Source of the DNA: Hydrolagus affinis
Lineage: Eukaryota
NCBI GenBank assembly: GCA_012026655.1
Contig: JAAILG010000885.1
Location: 1 to 64,000, forward strand
Direction: 5' to 3'
DNA length: 64,000 nucleotides
The notes under the pieces are model-generated. The model worked only from the letters and a program-made list of their open reading frames with translations. It had not been told where the DNA came from and did no database searches. Below, piece by piece: positions 27,066 to 38,070 of this stretch. A program made the translations under genes and the position numbers. Position 1 is the first letter of the stretch. The number at the start of each line of letters is the position of its first letter.

Positions 27066-27596
27066 ATCAACAACAGCAAAATTATATTTGTATAGCACCT
27101 TTCATGTCAGAAGGACGTCCCAATGTGTTGGAAGCACAAGATAGATTACTCATTCATTTTTCACCCACAAAATACAGTCAATCCAGTACACAGTATATTC
27201 TGTGAAGCTCTTTGAGTCAACTCAATCACATGATAAGGTGCTGTATCAAATGCAATTATCATTATTATTCCTTCTCTCTTTAGTTAGTTAGATGAGTGTG
27301 AAGACCTGGTTCACTCTAGGCATTCCTTTTGGTCATGTGGACAGGGACAACTTAACAAATTTACTGTCATGTACAATCCTGCATTCAACTGGTCACTTTC
27401 CTTTTTCTTGCCAATTTTCCTTCTGTAATTTTTCTCATATCCGAAGACCTTCCTCTTCAAAGATGCCTATGGTCACCTGCCCCATCTCCCTGATTCTGTG
27501 TCAGTCTCTGCCATTGTTAAGCTCTCCGAGAGATTACCTTTTGTGCAGGTTGCTGTTAATTTTCACCCTCTTTTTACTGATTTTTGTACCTTATAC

Positions 27597-27931
27597 TAGT
27601 GTCCGGCGATATGGAATTTTTCCAATATCGATATATCGGTGGGCTCATATTGATATATACCGATATATCGATATCACCAGGTTTTTTTATCCTTTGTATG
27701 TGCGCGCATTCGGATGTACACGCGCATTCTGGTGTGCGCGTGCATTCGGATGTGCGCGCGTATTCCGCTGTGCACGCGCGATATATCGCCAGATACTATA
27801 TACCGATGTTTTGTGGATATACTGATTTTTTTATACCGCATTTTTCGATATACCGATATATTCAAATTTCCAATATCAGCATATTGATATGAAAAATTAT
27901 ACTGATATAATCGATATATCGCCAGACACAA
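27597..27931 (+). mobile_element. Complete hAT-type MITE (335 bp) with 8-bp TSD
   Basis: TSD ccttatac at 27589-27596 and 27932-27939. Imperfect TIRs TAGTGTCCGGCGATAT / ATATCGCCAGACACAA. Confidence 0.95.
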
Positions 27932-27996
27932 CCTTATACTGAAGTACAGATTCAGAGATGCTAGACTTCCTCCCAAAACTTGCCCAAGTGACTTTT

Positions 27997-28069
27997 ACAA
28001 CAACAACAAAATAACAAAATTGCACTTATATAGCGCCTTTCACGTCGGGAGGACGTGCCAAAGCGCTGA
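27997..28069 (-). mobile_element. L2 extreme 3' end
   Basis: (caa)n-aaattgcacttatatagcgcctttcacgtcgggaggacgt. Confidence 0.85.
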
Positions 28070-28135
28070 AACCATTGATAGAGAACCATCGATTTAACCA
28101 TCGATAGAGAACCATCGATTTAACCATCGATAGAG
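28070..28135. repeat. 26-bp tandem repeat, ~2.5 copies, rich in ATCGAT
   Basis: Unit aaccatcgatagagaaccatcgattt. Confidence 0.9.
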
Positions 28136-28149
28136 AGCATTAACAAGAT

Positions 28150-28420
28150 AGGGTTTGCTGGCAAAAATCCTGATCTATGTTGTTTAATGAACTTAAATAG
28201 GTTCTTTCTTTCCCATGGTTTGGGGGAAAAAAACAGCCAGAGTTCCTGCTTCTTTCCCCTCTACTGGATGTGACAGCGTGGGTGCGGTAGCTCGATGGGG
28301 AGAGTTGAGGCTTAGATATCTCTGATGCAGTCTACAATTGAGAAGACTGCTAACACTTGTTGGCAACTCTCAGCCTTGAACAATGGGCACTTGGGCAGTG
28401 TACTATAGAACAGTGAACAC
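28150..28420 (+). mobile_element. Ancient AmnSINE2-like SINE remnant
   Basis: ggggaaaaaaacagccagagttcctgct...aatgggcacttgggcagtgtac (family recognised from memory). Confidence 0.5.
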
Positions 28421-29899
28421 CGCAGTAAGTGGTGGTCAGACCAGGAGTGGAGGCCATGGAATAATAATAACTTGTAGCTGTATAGTGAGCTTTATGATGG
28501 AGAGCCTTAACAGAGGCGGAGCTTGACACCAAGCCTGGGAGAGGTGGGAGGTGACCGTAGGTCTGGTCGAAGAAGAAGGTCTTTGGGTGTGAGAAGAATT
28601 AAAGGAAGAAAAAGAAAATTGCCAGTGGGAAGAAAAATCTGAAAATAATTGGACATGCTAAATTTTAAAAAAAAGCTGTTTCTATAATCCTTTTAATTGA
28701 ATCATTACATATTTAAAGGAAACTGCAATTCCTTCTGTTCACATGTGTTTGTACATGGTTAGCAATCCTATAAATTAGACTCCCTTCCTTCAAAGGAACG
28801 GCCATCTTCACCCCTGTGACTGAGAATGAGATGGGGGAAACTCTGGTAGAGAAGATTACTTATGCTCTTGGATTGTGCCTTCATCTCTTTGAGAAGTTCT
28901 GGGAACCACTCACAGAATATGTTATTTTAAAAACCATATCTTCCCTAGCTGGGAAAATGAGCCGTGACAGGGATTCTAAAGGGGATTGATTTCTTCTTTC
29001 AAACAGAGATTTTTTTTTGCACTATTTTTGCAAGGTGTTGCACCTTTCATTTCTATTTTAACCGGTTCCCTGGTCCTACCTGGCATGATGCAAACTGTTT
29101 GATTACCGCATTTACTCAAATCTTAGATGCGGATCTTTTCATTAAACGGTACCTCTACAGTGCCTTGGAATCAAGATTGAAGGAAAGTTCCCAAAGCCTC
29201 TAAAATCTGCTCCCTCCTTTAAATTTGAGTAAATATGGTATGTCCCAGTCTAAGAGAGTATCAATGCAAGTATACATTTTGTAATTAAGATTTTTATATA
29301 ACTTAATATATAATATTTTAATCTAATTAATGTTTTAGAATCTCAAAGAAATATGGAGAATATTTGAGGTTTCTTTAAAACTATTCCTGTATTAATTTTG
29401 TGAGGAATGAGTTAAAACGGGATGGTTTGACCGGTAGCCTAGTGGCAACATTTGCCCTGAGGATGATTTCATCCGACCCGCAAACCATTTCCAACTTCAC
29501 TGTGGCGTGAAACTTTGAGACATCTCAACAACGTGATAAGGCACCTAGCTGCTTCTTTCTTCCACGCTCCCTTTTAGTGATCGGATGGCATTAGTATATA
29601 GTAGAAGGGATTTTCTCCTGGTGTATTGACCATAATCTCTCGGATAAAATTGTTTTTCACTTTATGGCTGTTTGTGGGCATTGCTGTGGTGCAAATTGGC
29701 TGCCACATTCACCTACAAATAAACAGTTACTACAGTAATTCCAAAAAAAGCTTTGGCATGCCTTGAATATATGATGAGGTGCTATTTCAAATGCAAGAAT
29801 TATGATATGATTGATAAAATCTCCCATAGAAGTACATTCAATGTAGGAATGCCTGCAACAAATTCTGCAGAGCTCAGACCATCTACATATCTGGCAGAC

Positions 29900-30090
29900 A
29901 CAAATACATACTATACACACCCGCAAACACATTGTATACATTCACCTTCACAAATATATGCTATACATACCCACAGACACACTGTTATACTCAACTTCAC
30001 AAATATATACTATACACTCACACACAGAGGAAAACACAAATACACACTTGCATACAATTGTACACTCCACATATACTCACATACACATAA
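29900..30090. repeat. Degenerate (CA/TA)n microsatellite
   Basis: Interrupted acac/atac runs. Confidence 0.75.
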
Positions 30091-31049
30091 TGGAGAGTGT
30101 ATAGGGGTGCATTTTAGAAGAAAGGATATAGTTTAATTATAACAATGAATTCTCTCTTTTGTAACCTGTTCCAGGACCCATCATCTCTAGTCTTAAACTG
30201 TACTAGGTAATATATAATAATTAGTAGTAATAATAATCTTTGAATTTGATATACCATTCCCACCTGCTGAGATGTTATTGAGAGATCTGAAAGCGTTTCG
30301 CCGAGTATGATGTAAAGTCTCACACTACAGTGAAAATGTGCTTTTATAGAGGTAGTACTTTGAAAAGAAAGTAGTCCCTTTAGACTTTTCTTCATCTTTA
30401 AGTGATAAAGAAAGTAGACTTAGTATCATTGTTATTTTCATGTCCCTCTTTCTGTACTTGCTGTTGATATTGTTGTACAGTTGTGGGCGATTGATATAAT
30501 CCCCCAACATGATATAATCCCCCAACATGATTCATCTTCTTTTGTGTGACAGTTTGGTTGACTATTTTAGTTTGCTGTTCCCTGTGGATAGTTCCATTGT
30601 ACTGATGTAGATCCCTATTCATATATTCTCTGTACAAGATCCCTGCAGGGAAACCAAAGATGCTATTTGCATGCTGAATTGGCTCAGGCACCTGCCAACA
30701 GTGGTCATGTTTGTATGCCTAAACTCGTTTAATCTTTTTGTAAATAAACAGATGCTTAACTCGCTCAATCAACTGGAAAAAAATAACACTTTTATTGATA
30801 ACAAGAGAAAACCAATCAATTCTGAGCTAAGGAATCTACTTCATTCAGCTTATTGTGTGCTCTGACGTTATTTTGAAGTGTAGTGATGCGCTGGACTGAG
30901 GACCTCTAGGCTTCACCTGGATGCCGATTGGTTTGATGTACAAAGTCCTGTAACCCCATGTTTTTTCTCTACAATGCATTGACCAATAACTGAAACTTGT
31001 GGAAGAATCATGATATTTAATTGTATTTAATACAAGTGTTTAAACTATG

Positions 31050-31716
31050 CCTTCAAATCCCTCCATGCCCTGGTATCTCCCTACTTCTCCCGACCGGCTT
31101 ATTCCCCAACCCACTACTCGTTGCCTACATTCAACCGGCTCCAGCCTTTGCTTGCCCCTTGTGCCCTCTATTGCATCATCGGGGACACTCTTTCATCAAC
31201 TACTCTGGAACACACCCTCGATCTCTGCATCTTACTCCATTTTTCCCCATCTTGTGGAGTCCTGTAGCTCAGTGGTTAGTGAAGTTGCCTTACAAGCGAG
31301 ACACCTGGGTTCAATTCCAGGCAGGGCGAAATCTTGGGCAAGTTTCTTTACTCCACACTCCTAATAATAATCCCTCCAAAAAAAAATGGTCATTTCAATC
31401 CACGACTGTTTATGGGACACTGCTGTGTGCAATTGGCTGCCGTGTTTCATCCACATATATAGTCAATTCACTTTATAGTATATTCTATGGAGCGCTTTGA
31501 GAAGTCTAGAAGACATGAAAAGCGCTATATCAAATTCAAGAATTATTATTATCACTATTATCAAGCCGGTCAAGCTTGAAGACCTTCCTATTTGATCGTG
31601 CCTCCTGTCACCTCCCCCATATCCCTGGTTTGTCATTGTGCTCTGCCACTGTCAAGTGCACTGGGACACTAATCCTGCGTGAGGAGCGCTCTATAAATGC
31701 AAGTTGTTGATGTTGT
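31050..31716 (+). mobile_element. Old L2 3' fragment split by a SINE insertion
   Basis: L2 text (tactctggaacacaccc) stops near 31250 and resumes at ~31565 (gaagaccttcctatttgatcgtgcc), running to the tail. Confidence 0.75.
31256..31550 (+). mobile_element. Full-length young SINE
   Basis: ggagtcctgtagctcagtggttag head, B box ggttcaattcc, Deu-type core and (att)n tail. Confidence 0.95.
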
Positions 31717-33189
31717 ACTTAGACATCCAAAGGATCAGTGTGAATTCCATCGTTTTCATGGCAGATAATGATCCGTTGCCAGCCATGTTTGGTGTGACCT
31801 ATTCCATAACATGGATGAAGTGACAAGGAACTTACTGTTATCAGACATTGTTCCACTCAACTCATCTGCAAAATGAAATTAATTACATTGTAAGGGGTAA
31901 CTGGACATTGTGAGTACCTCGACAGTACTTAAGCAGACAGCACAATGCACTTTAATAATAATTATATCTGACAGTTTTAGTAGAAGATCTCCACCTCTCT
32001 TAGCCTCCTACTCGCTTTACACACAATGTCATTGTTATGGGGAATCCTCTACCAGGTTATTGAGGAACTGTTTGAATCATTTAGTGTTATATTTTTGTCG
32101 ATTCTGTAAGCAGAATGTGTGTTCCCATAAATCCTGCAGCTGTTTAATATAACGGAGCATCCCAGCAAGAACAAAATCAAACAAATTTATCTAATTCAAG
32201 CTTCCTGTTGTAGAATCAATATCTGACTCTGGTACAAAACGCAAGGCAATAGAATTATACCTCTAAGATATGGCATTAAAATACAGTGGTACTTTCAGTC
32301 TTCACTTTAAATGTGCATCAAATTCATTCACAGGTCTAAATTAATCTCAGCTCTCACATAACAAAAAGTTCCATTGAAATAAATTGAAGTATTCAATAAA
32401 GAAGTACGATTTATTCAAGGAACTCATGGATTTCTGAGTTTACTTCTAATACAATATCTGTCTACAGTTCCTGTATTAAACAAATTCATCCTTGATTCTG
32501 TTTGTTATGATCCATGACCGGTCCATATGGATAAGCCTATAGAGGCTGCTGTTGCTCCAGATCCTTTGCATCAATTTATATATTGATACACATTTCTTCA
32601 GATTAGTTATTTTTTAATGAAATTTCATTCACATAAATAACATAATTTCTTAAACTGTGGTATAAATTGGTGCTATTTGATTTTACTTATATAAAAATGC
32701 ATTTTTCAAACTTTATGAATGACATCTATTTTTAACAAAGGAATTAATGTGGATCAAAAAAAGAGTATTGCTAATTTTATTAGGCTATAAAAGCATTTGA
32801 TATAAAATTCAGTTTTAGGAAAAATACTACAGGAACTTTCATTCCAATTGATTTAGATTATTAAACATGTTCACTCAAAAGCTTGCAGTCCTACATTTTA
32901 AACAAAAGCAAAATCCCAGTGCAGGTTAATCTTGGAGAATATAAAATGTGTATCCAAAGAGTCTACCTTCATGATTCAGAGTTTGTGATCACTTAATGGA
33001 AGACTTTCTTTCAGTCTGTTTGCAAAGTCCAGGACCAAGGGGTGTTATAGTTTTGTAGTGGGTGGGGAAAAAAAAGTGAAGTGGTTGTAGGGAGGGACTT
33101 CATAGTAAGTACATTTCTTTTTCACGATGATTCAAATGAAGGTCTAGATTAAGCAGTTGGTGTTTAGTAAACCTTGTACTGTACATGGC

Positions 33190-33601
33190 ATTAGAAGAAT
33201 TAGGGGGGATCTTATTGAAACATATAAGATTCTTAAAGGGCTAGATAAAGTAGGCACTGAGGGACTGTTTCCCCTGGTAGAAGAATCTATAACCAGGGGT
33301 TACAATCTTAAAATTAAGGGTCAGCCTTTTAGAGCAGAGTTGAGGAAACATTTCTTCACTCAGAGGGTAGTCAATTTATGGAATTCACTACCCCAGAAGG
33401 CTGTAGATGCTCAGTCCTTGAACATTTTCAAGGCTGAGACTGATATTTTTTTGAAAAATAGAGGGATTAGGGGATATGGAGATAGAGCAGGTAATTAGAG
33501 TTAGGTGAGAAGATCAGCCATGATCTTATTGAATGGCGGAGCAGGCTCGAAGGGCTAAATGGCCTACTCCTGCTCCTAATTCTTATGTTCTTATGTTCTT
33601 A
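33190..33601 (+). mobile_element. Young CR1 LINE 3' end (ORF2 C-terminus plus 3' UTR)
   Basis: Open frame RRIRGDLIETYKILKGLDKV...TRGYNLK...RKHFFTQRVVNLWNSLP, with an octamer (ttcttatg)n tail. Confidence 0.96.
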
Positions 33602-33684
33602 TTAGACTTGGATCTCTAAAATATCAAGCTGGCTGGTAAGTCACAAGTTGCTGTGGATAGATCTTTCCACTATATTTTACAATA

Positions 33685-34260
33685 CAGTTAACCCTTGCCG
33701 AACACGACTTTCTTGAGTGCAGATTCGCCTATACGTAAAGAAATAAATGTGGCATTTTTTTGAGTAACGCAAGTCAAATTTATGTATACATGCTGGCTGG
33801 CCCCACGCGCATGTGCATTTGGGAGGACACTGGCCCCTCGCGCAATCCACACTTGGGAGGACGCCTCCAGCTCTGATGATTCCTCGGCTTCGGTGCAACC
33901 TGATTGCATGGTAAACAGAAGAGACAGAGAGAGAGGGAGTCTCCTAACACTTCCAGGACCAAAGGTAAAATAATTTAGCCAATCTGTGCTAGTGTAAGGT
34001 GTTTTTCTATTGTCTCCAGTTAGTCAGTGAGAGCAGGGAGAGTGATGAGCAGGGAGAGCGGGACAGCCAACTGTAGCCCACCTCAGTACATACCTTGCAT
34101 TGGTCGGGTGTGGATGTGCCTGGAGGCTTGCGGTTAGATAGCCTGTGGATGGATTCCCCTAACCCTTTTATCCCTTTGCTTACTAAGTTTACCAAAGGCA
34201 ATTTTACCGAGTGCGCTGTTTTCCAGGAACGTAACCCCCACATTCGGCGAGGGCCAACTG
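33685..34260. mobile_element. Tc1/mariner (Tigger-like) MITE, 576 bp
   Basis: TA TSDs, TIRs CAGTTAACCCTTGCCGAA / TTCGGCGAGGGCCAACTG, and a subterminal ggaacgtaacccc motif. Confidence 0.9.
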
Positions 34261-34554
34261 TATACAAATATATACAATATATAAAATATACAAGCGCGAG
34301 TGGCAAAACTCATGAAAAGCGCTGTATCAAATGCAAGGATTATTATTATTATTGTTAAAGTCAGCTATCCATCAAAGAGCTCTATGAAAAGAGCAGAAAC
34401 CCTACAGCTTTGGATGACAGCTGCTGAAAAATATTAACTGGAGTCCAGCCCGGTTTTTGAACACAGATTCATGTATCCCAAGGCTTGGTATTTTTCTTGA
34501 ATACTTATGCAGAGAGGTAAGCAGTTACTACTGAATGAGTAGTACAGTACTAAT

Positions 34555-34765
34555 AAATGTTTCCTTGCCACCTTCAAGGCCAGTCTCAAGACCCTCCTTT
34601 TCGACCGTGCATTCAGCCACCATCCTATCTCTCTGCCCTACCTCATCTCAACCCTGCCCCACCCCATGCTCGAGTCCTAACCCTTGACTGTTCAGCACTT
34701 TGGGACATATTCCTAACACGACCCGAGGCAAAAGATGCTCTACAAATGTAATTTTGCTGTTGTTG
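34555..34765 (+). mobile_element. L2 3' end
   Basis: ctcaagaccctccttttcgaccgtgcattc...aaatgtaattttgctgttgttg. Confidence 0.85.
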
Positions 34766-34867
34766 AGGATGGTGGCAATGGACTCAATCATTTTCATCTG
34801 GGTTGTGCTGCTCACCAAGTGGCTCCGAAAGTGTTTCCTGAGCCTGCTCTCCACGTAGTGAGGGCTC

Positions 34868-36165
34868 AGACAACAACAGAATTGCATTTGTATAGTGCCT
34901 TCCATGTCAGGAAGACGTCCCCAGGAGCTGAATAATTAGCGTTTTGGACCCGAGCTGGGGATCGGGAAGGGTGGAGAGTGGAGGGGGAAGGAGAGTGACC
35001 GAAGGCCCGGTCGAAGAGGAGAGTTTTGAGATGGGTCTTAAAGGAGGCAAGGGAGGGAGCAAGGCAAAGTGTCTACAGGATGGAGTGCAACGGTGGAGCA
35101 GGCGATGCGGGGATCATGAAGCAAGCCAAAGCCCACTGAGCGGAGAGGATTGACAGATTAGGGGGTTAGGAGGTCACAGAGCTAGGGGGAGAGACACAAT
35201 GGAGGGATTTGAAACTGAGTACCAGGACCTTGAACTGTATCTAAAGGGAAGCCAATGGAGTCGGGCGAGAGTGGGGGTGATGGAACCTGGTGTGGGAGAG
35301 GACATGGGTTGCAGTGTTCTAGATGATCTGCAGCCGATGCAGGGAGGAGTTTGCGAGGCTGACAAGCAGGGAGTTTGTGTAGTCCAGCCTGGATACTATG
35401 AATGTGCGTATGAGGGTCTTGGCGGCATGTGGTACGAAACAGTGGTAGAGCCGAGAGATGTTGCAGAGTTGGGGAAAAGCAGAGCAGGTCATTGCATGGA
35501 TGTGAGGTATGAAGTACGGTTGACGAACGAACAGGCCTCTGAGATTCCATGAGCTGAAGAGTGCATCCATGGAGGGAGATGTTGTCATCACCTGAGGTAT
35601 GGAGTCACTGACGGGAGCCAGGCAGGAGAGACTCGGTCGTGTTGACATTCAACTGCAGGAAACTGGCTTCTCATAGAATCATAGAATTATGCAGAACTGA
35701 AGGAGGCCATTCGGCCAATTATGTCTGTGCAGTTCTTGGAAAAGAACTATCCAAATCAATCCCATTCCTCCGCTCACTCACTTTAGCCCTGCAAACTTGT
35801 CCTCCCAAAATAAATATCAAGTTATCCAGGACCTGATGTCTGACAGGCAATGTGATCATCGCAGTGTTGTTGGAATTGAGGGTGAAGGCAAATTTGTAGA
35901 TTTGGGTGTCATCTGCATACACGTGGAAGTTGTCTGTGGATGATGTTGCAAGAAGGAGCACATAGATATTGAAAAGGAAAGGGACAAGGACAGAGCCTTG
36001 AGGGATGCCACATGTGACAGTGAGGGTGCTGGAGGAGAAGCCATTAGTGGAGACAACGTGGAGAAGGTGGGAGAGGTAGGATTCGAACCAGGCAAGTGCG
36101 GGTCCGTGAAGATTGAGAGGAGAGGATGTGTAAGAGGATAGTATGGTCGACAGTCGAATAATCAA
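34868..36165 (-). mobile_element. L2 LINE 3' ~1.1 kb including an RT-domain remnant, split by a CR1 insert
   Basis: Minus-strand translation gives ALAWFESYLS, GIPQGSVL.PFLFNIY, YADDTQIY and SRLDYTNSLL; (caa)n tail at 34868. Confidence 0.95.
35672..35822 (-). mobile_element. CR1 3' fragment nested in L2
   Basis: catagaatcatagaattatgcagaactgaaggaggccattcggcc; the L2 sequence is continuous on either side. Confidence 0.8.
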
Positions 36166-37152
36166 CTAGTGACTATTCCACATGATGGTGGGGGTAATCA
36201 GGGTCTGCTTAGTGCTCAGGTGGCTCCAAGGATTTTGCTCGACAATGGAATCATGTCATTACTTTATGGCAGTCTCTGGATTCCAGATGCTTAAGCCAGG
36301 TACTCAAAGGCACTGTTGCTGGACAGATCAGCCAGTGATTTATTGTCAGAAATTCTTTCCACTGGACTCCAATTAATTCTACAAGTCAAAGTACTAATGG
36401 GTAGTCTGTTTCTAGATAGATAAATAGCGGGAAGTTTGCCAGTCAGTATTTGCAATGACAAGCTATGCCAATTTAGCTGGTTAAACTACAGGAGTATTTC
36501 AATGCATACTCCACGTTCCTTCTTCCTAACCTGTACCTAATATTTTCCAGGCATAAATAAGTAGGGTATATCTGTCCAGGAAAAGAGTGCCTTTTCCATT
36601 CCATTCCAGACTCAGGGAAGACTGCAGGTGTGGGTCCCAGCGCCTTGGAACTTTCTCCCAATGTGAAAAGCGTTATACAAATGTTATATTGTGTTGTATT
36701 CATATAAGGAAATCACAGTCCGATCTGGATAAGCATGATGATGGGTCTCTACATGCATCGACGACAACAACAACAAACACTTGTATTTATGTAATGCCTT
36801 TCATGCAAGATAGCATCCCTCCAGTACTCTTGGACAACCAGCAGGGGAAAAAAAAATGGATGTTTGGAAAATTATGGTCAAAACCCTTCTCTATCTCTTC
36901 CAGACTTCCCTGAGCATTCCAGGATGCATACATTGAGGGTTGACTAAGCGCTCTTGGACGCTACACTCCCAGTGGTGGGTGGACGGTGCTATATAAATGC
37001 ATTGTTTGTTGTTTTGGGGATGTGATGATTTCTCTACTTTTCCTTTCAGAATTTCTACCGTGTGTTCCACTGCACTATAAAAAGATGTTGTGGGTATGTG
37101 CTCTCAAAATCACAAAAACTTTCAAATTTCTTCAAAACTTCAATTCGGTATT

Positions 37153-37436
37153 GGAGTCCTATACCTCAGCGGTTAGAGCACCCGCTTTACAAACATGAGA
37201 CCAGTGTTCGATTCCAGGCAGGTCAGGGAGAAACCTTGGGCAAGGTTCCTTACTCCACACGCCTGATAATAATCCCTCAAAAAAAAATTGCTTATTTCAA
37301 TCCACGACTGTTTGTGGAACACTGTTGTGCGCAATTGGCTGCCATGTTTCGCCCACACACATTCAATTCATATTTAAAAAGCACTCTGAGATGCCATCCG
37401 GCATGGAGGGCATTATATAAATCTAAGTTGTTGTTG
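37153..37436 (+). mobile_element. SINE with an L2-type (gtt)n tail (chimera)
   Basis: Standard head and core, but the 3' end is catccggcatggagggcattatataaatctaagttgttgttg, like the L2 end at ~7770. Confidence 0.85.
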
Positions 37437-37649
37437 GTATGTTAAAAACATAACCAGGCAAACAAAAAAGAGGCAATCATTGATAGATACCTTTAAGTTA
37501 ATGGACAATGTATGTAAAGAGGTGTTCAACACTATGAAATGATTTGATATGGTGGTTATTGGTATCTTGTTGCCACTTGTTGGTCAGTCCACAACTAGAG
37601 GAAATAATTATATAATGACATGAGAGAGAAAGCAGTATGGGGGTATAAA

Positions 37650-38070
37650 AACAACAACAAAATTGCATTCATAGAATGCCTTTCATGTTGGGAGGACATC
37701 CCAAGGTGCTGAACAGTCAGGGGTCAGGACCCGAACATGGAGGAGGGGCAAGGTAAGGGGGAGGGGAAGGAGAGAGTGGGAAGGCGGCTGAAGGCATGAT
37801 CAAAAAAGAGGTTCTTGAGACCAGGGAGGAAGCGAGGCAAAGGGACTATGGGATGGAGTTCCAGAGTGCGGGGGCAGAGAGGCTGGAAGCCCGGCCACCG
37901 ATGGTAGGGCGGGTCGGGCGGGAGACATAGAACAGATCGAAGCCCACTGAACTGAGGAGGCGGGCAGGTTGGTAGGGAGTCACCAGGTCGGAGAGTTAGG
38001 AAGGGGCAAGGCCATGAATGGTCTTAAAAGTGAGGATGAGGATCTTGAATTCAATCCTCTGAGGGTTGGG
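37650..38070 (-). mobile_element. L2 3' fragment inserted in an old CR1 remnant (~37480-38195)
   Basis: (caa)n tail plus L2 body; the flanks have CR1-like text (acaactagaggaaataat; gggccaaatggccctgtttct). Confidence 0.85.

Noticed and set aside
27589-27939. The MITE could be spliced out exactly on the minus strand (AG|GT at both TSD junctions)
   Set aside because: This matters only if the site is exonic, which is unsupported, and the acceptor lacks a pyrimidine tract.
27292-27976. 100-177 aa ORFs on both strands
   Set aside because: They run through the repetitive hAT MITE and show no transposase motifs.
30492-30530. 18-bp tandem duplication (similar short duplications at ~46378 and ~46497)
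   Set aside because: These are ordinary two-copy slippage duplications with no spacers, and are not CRISPR-like.
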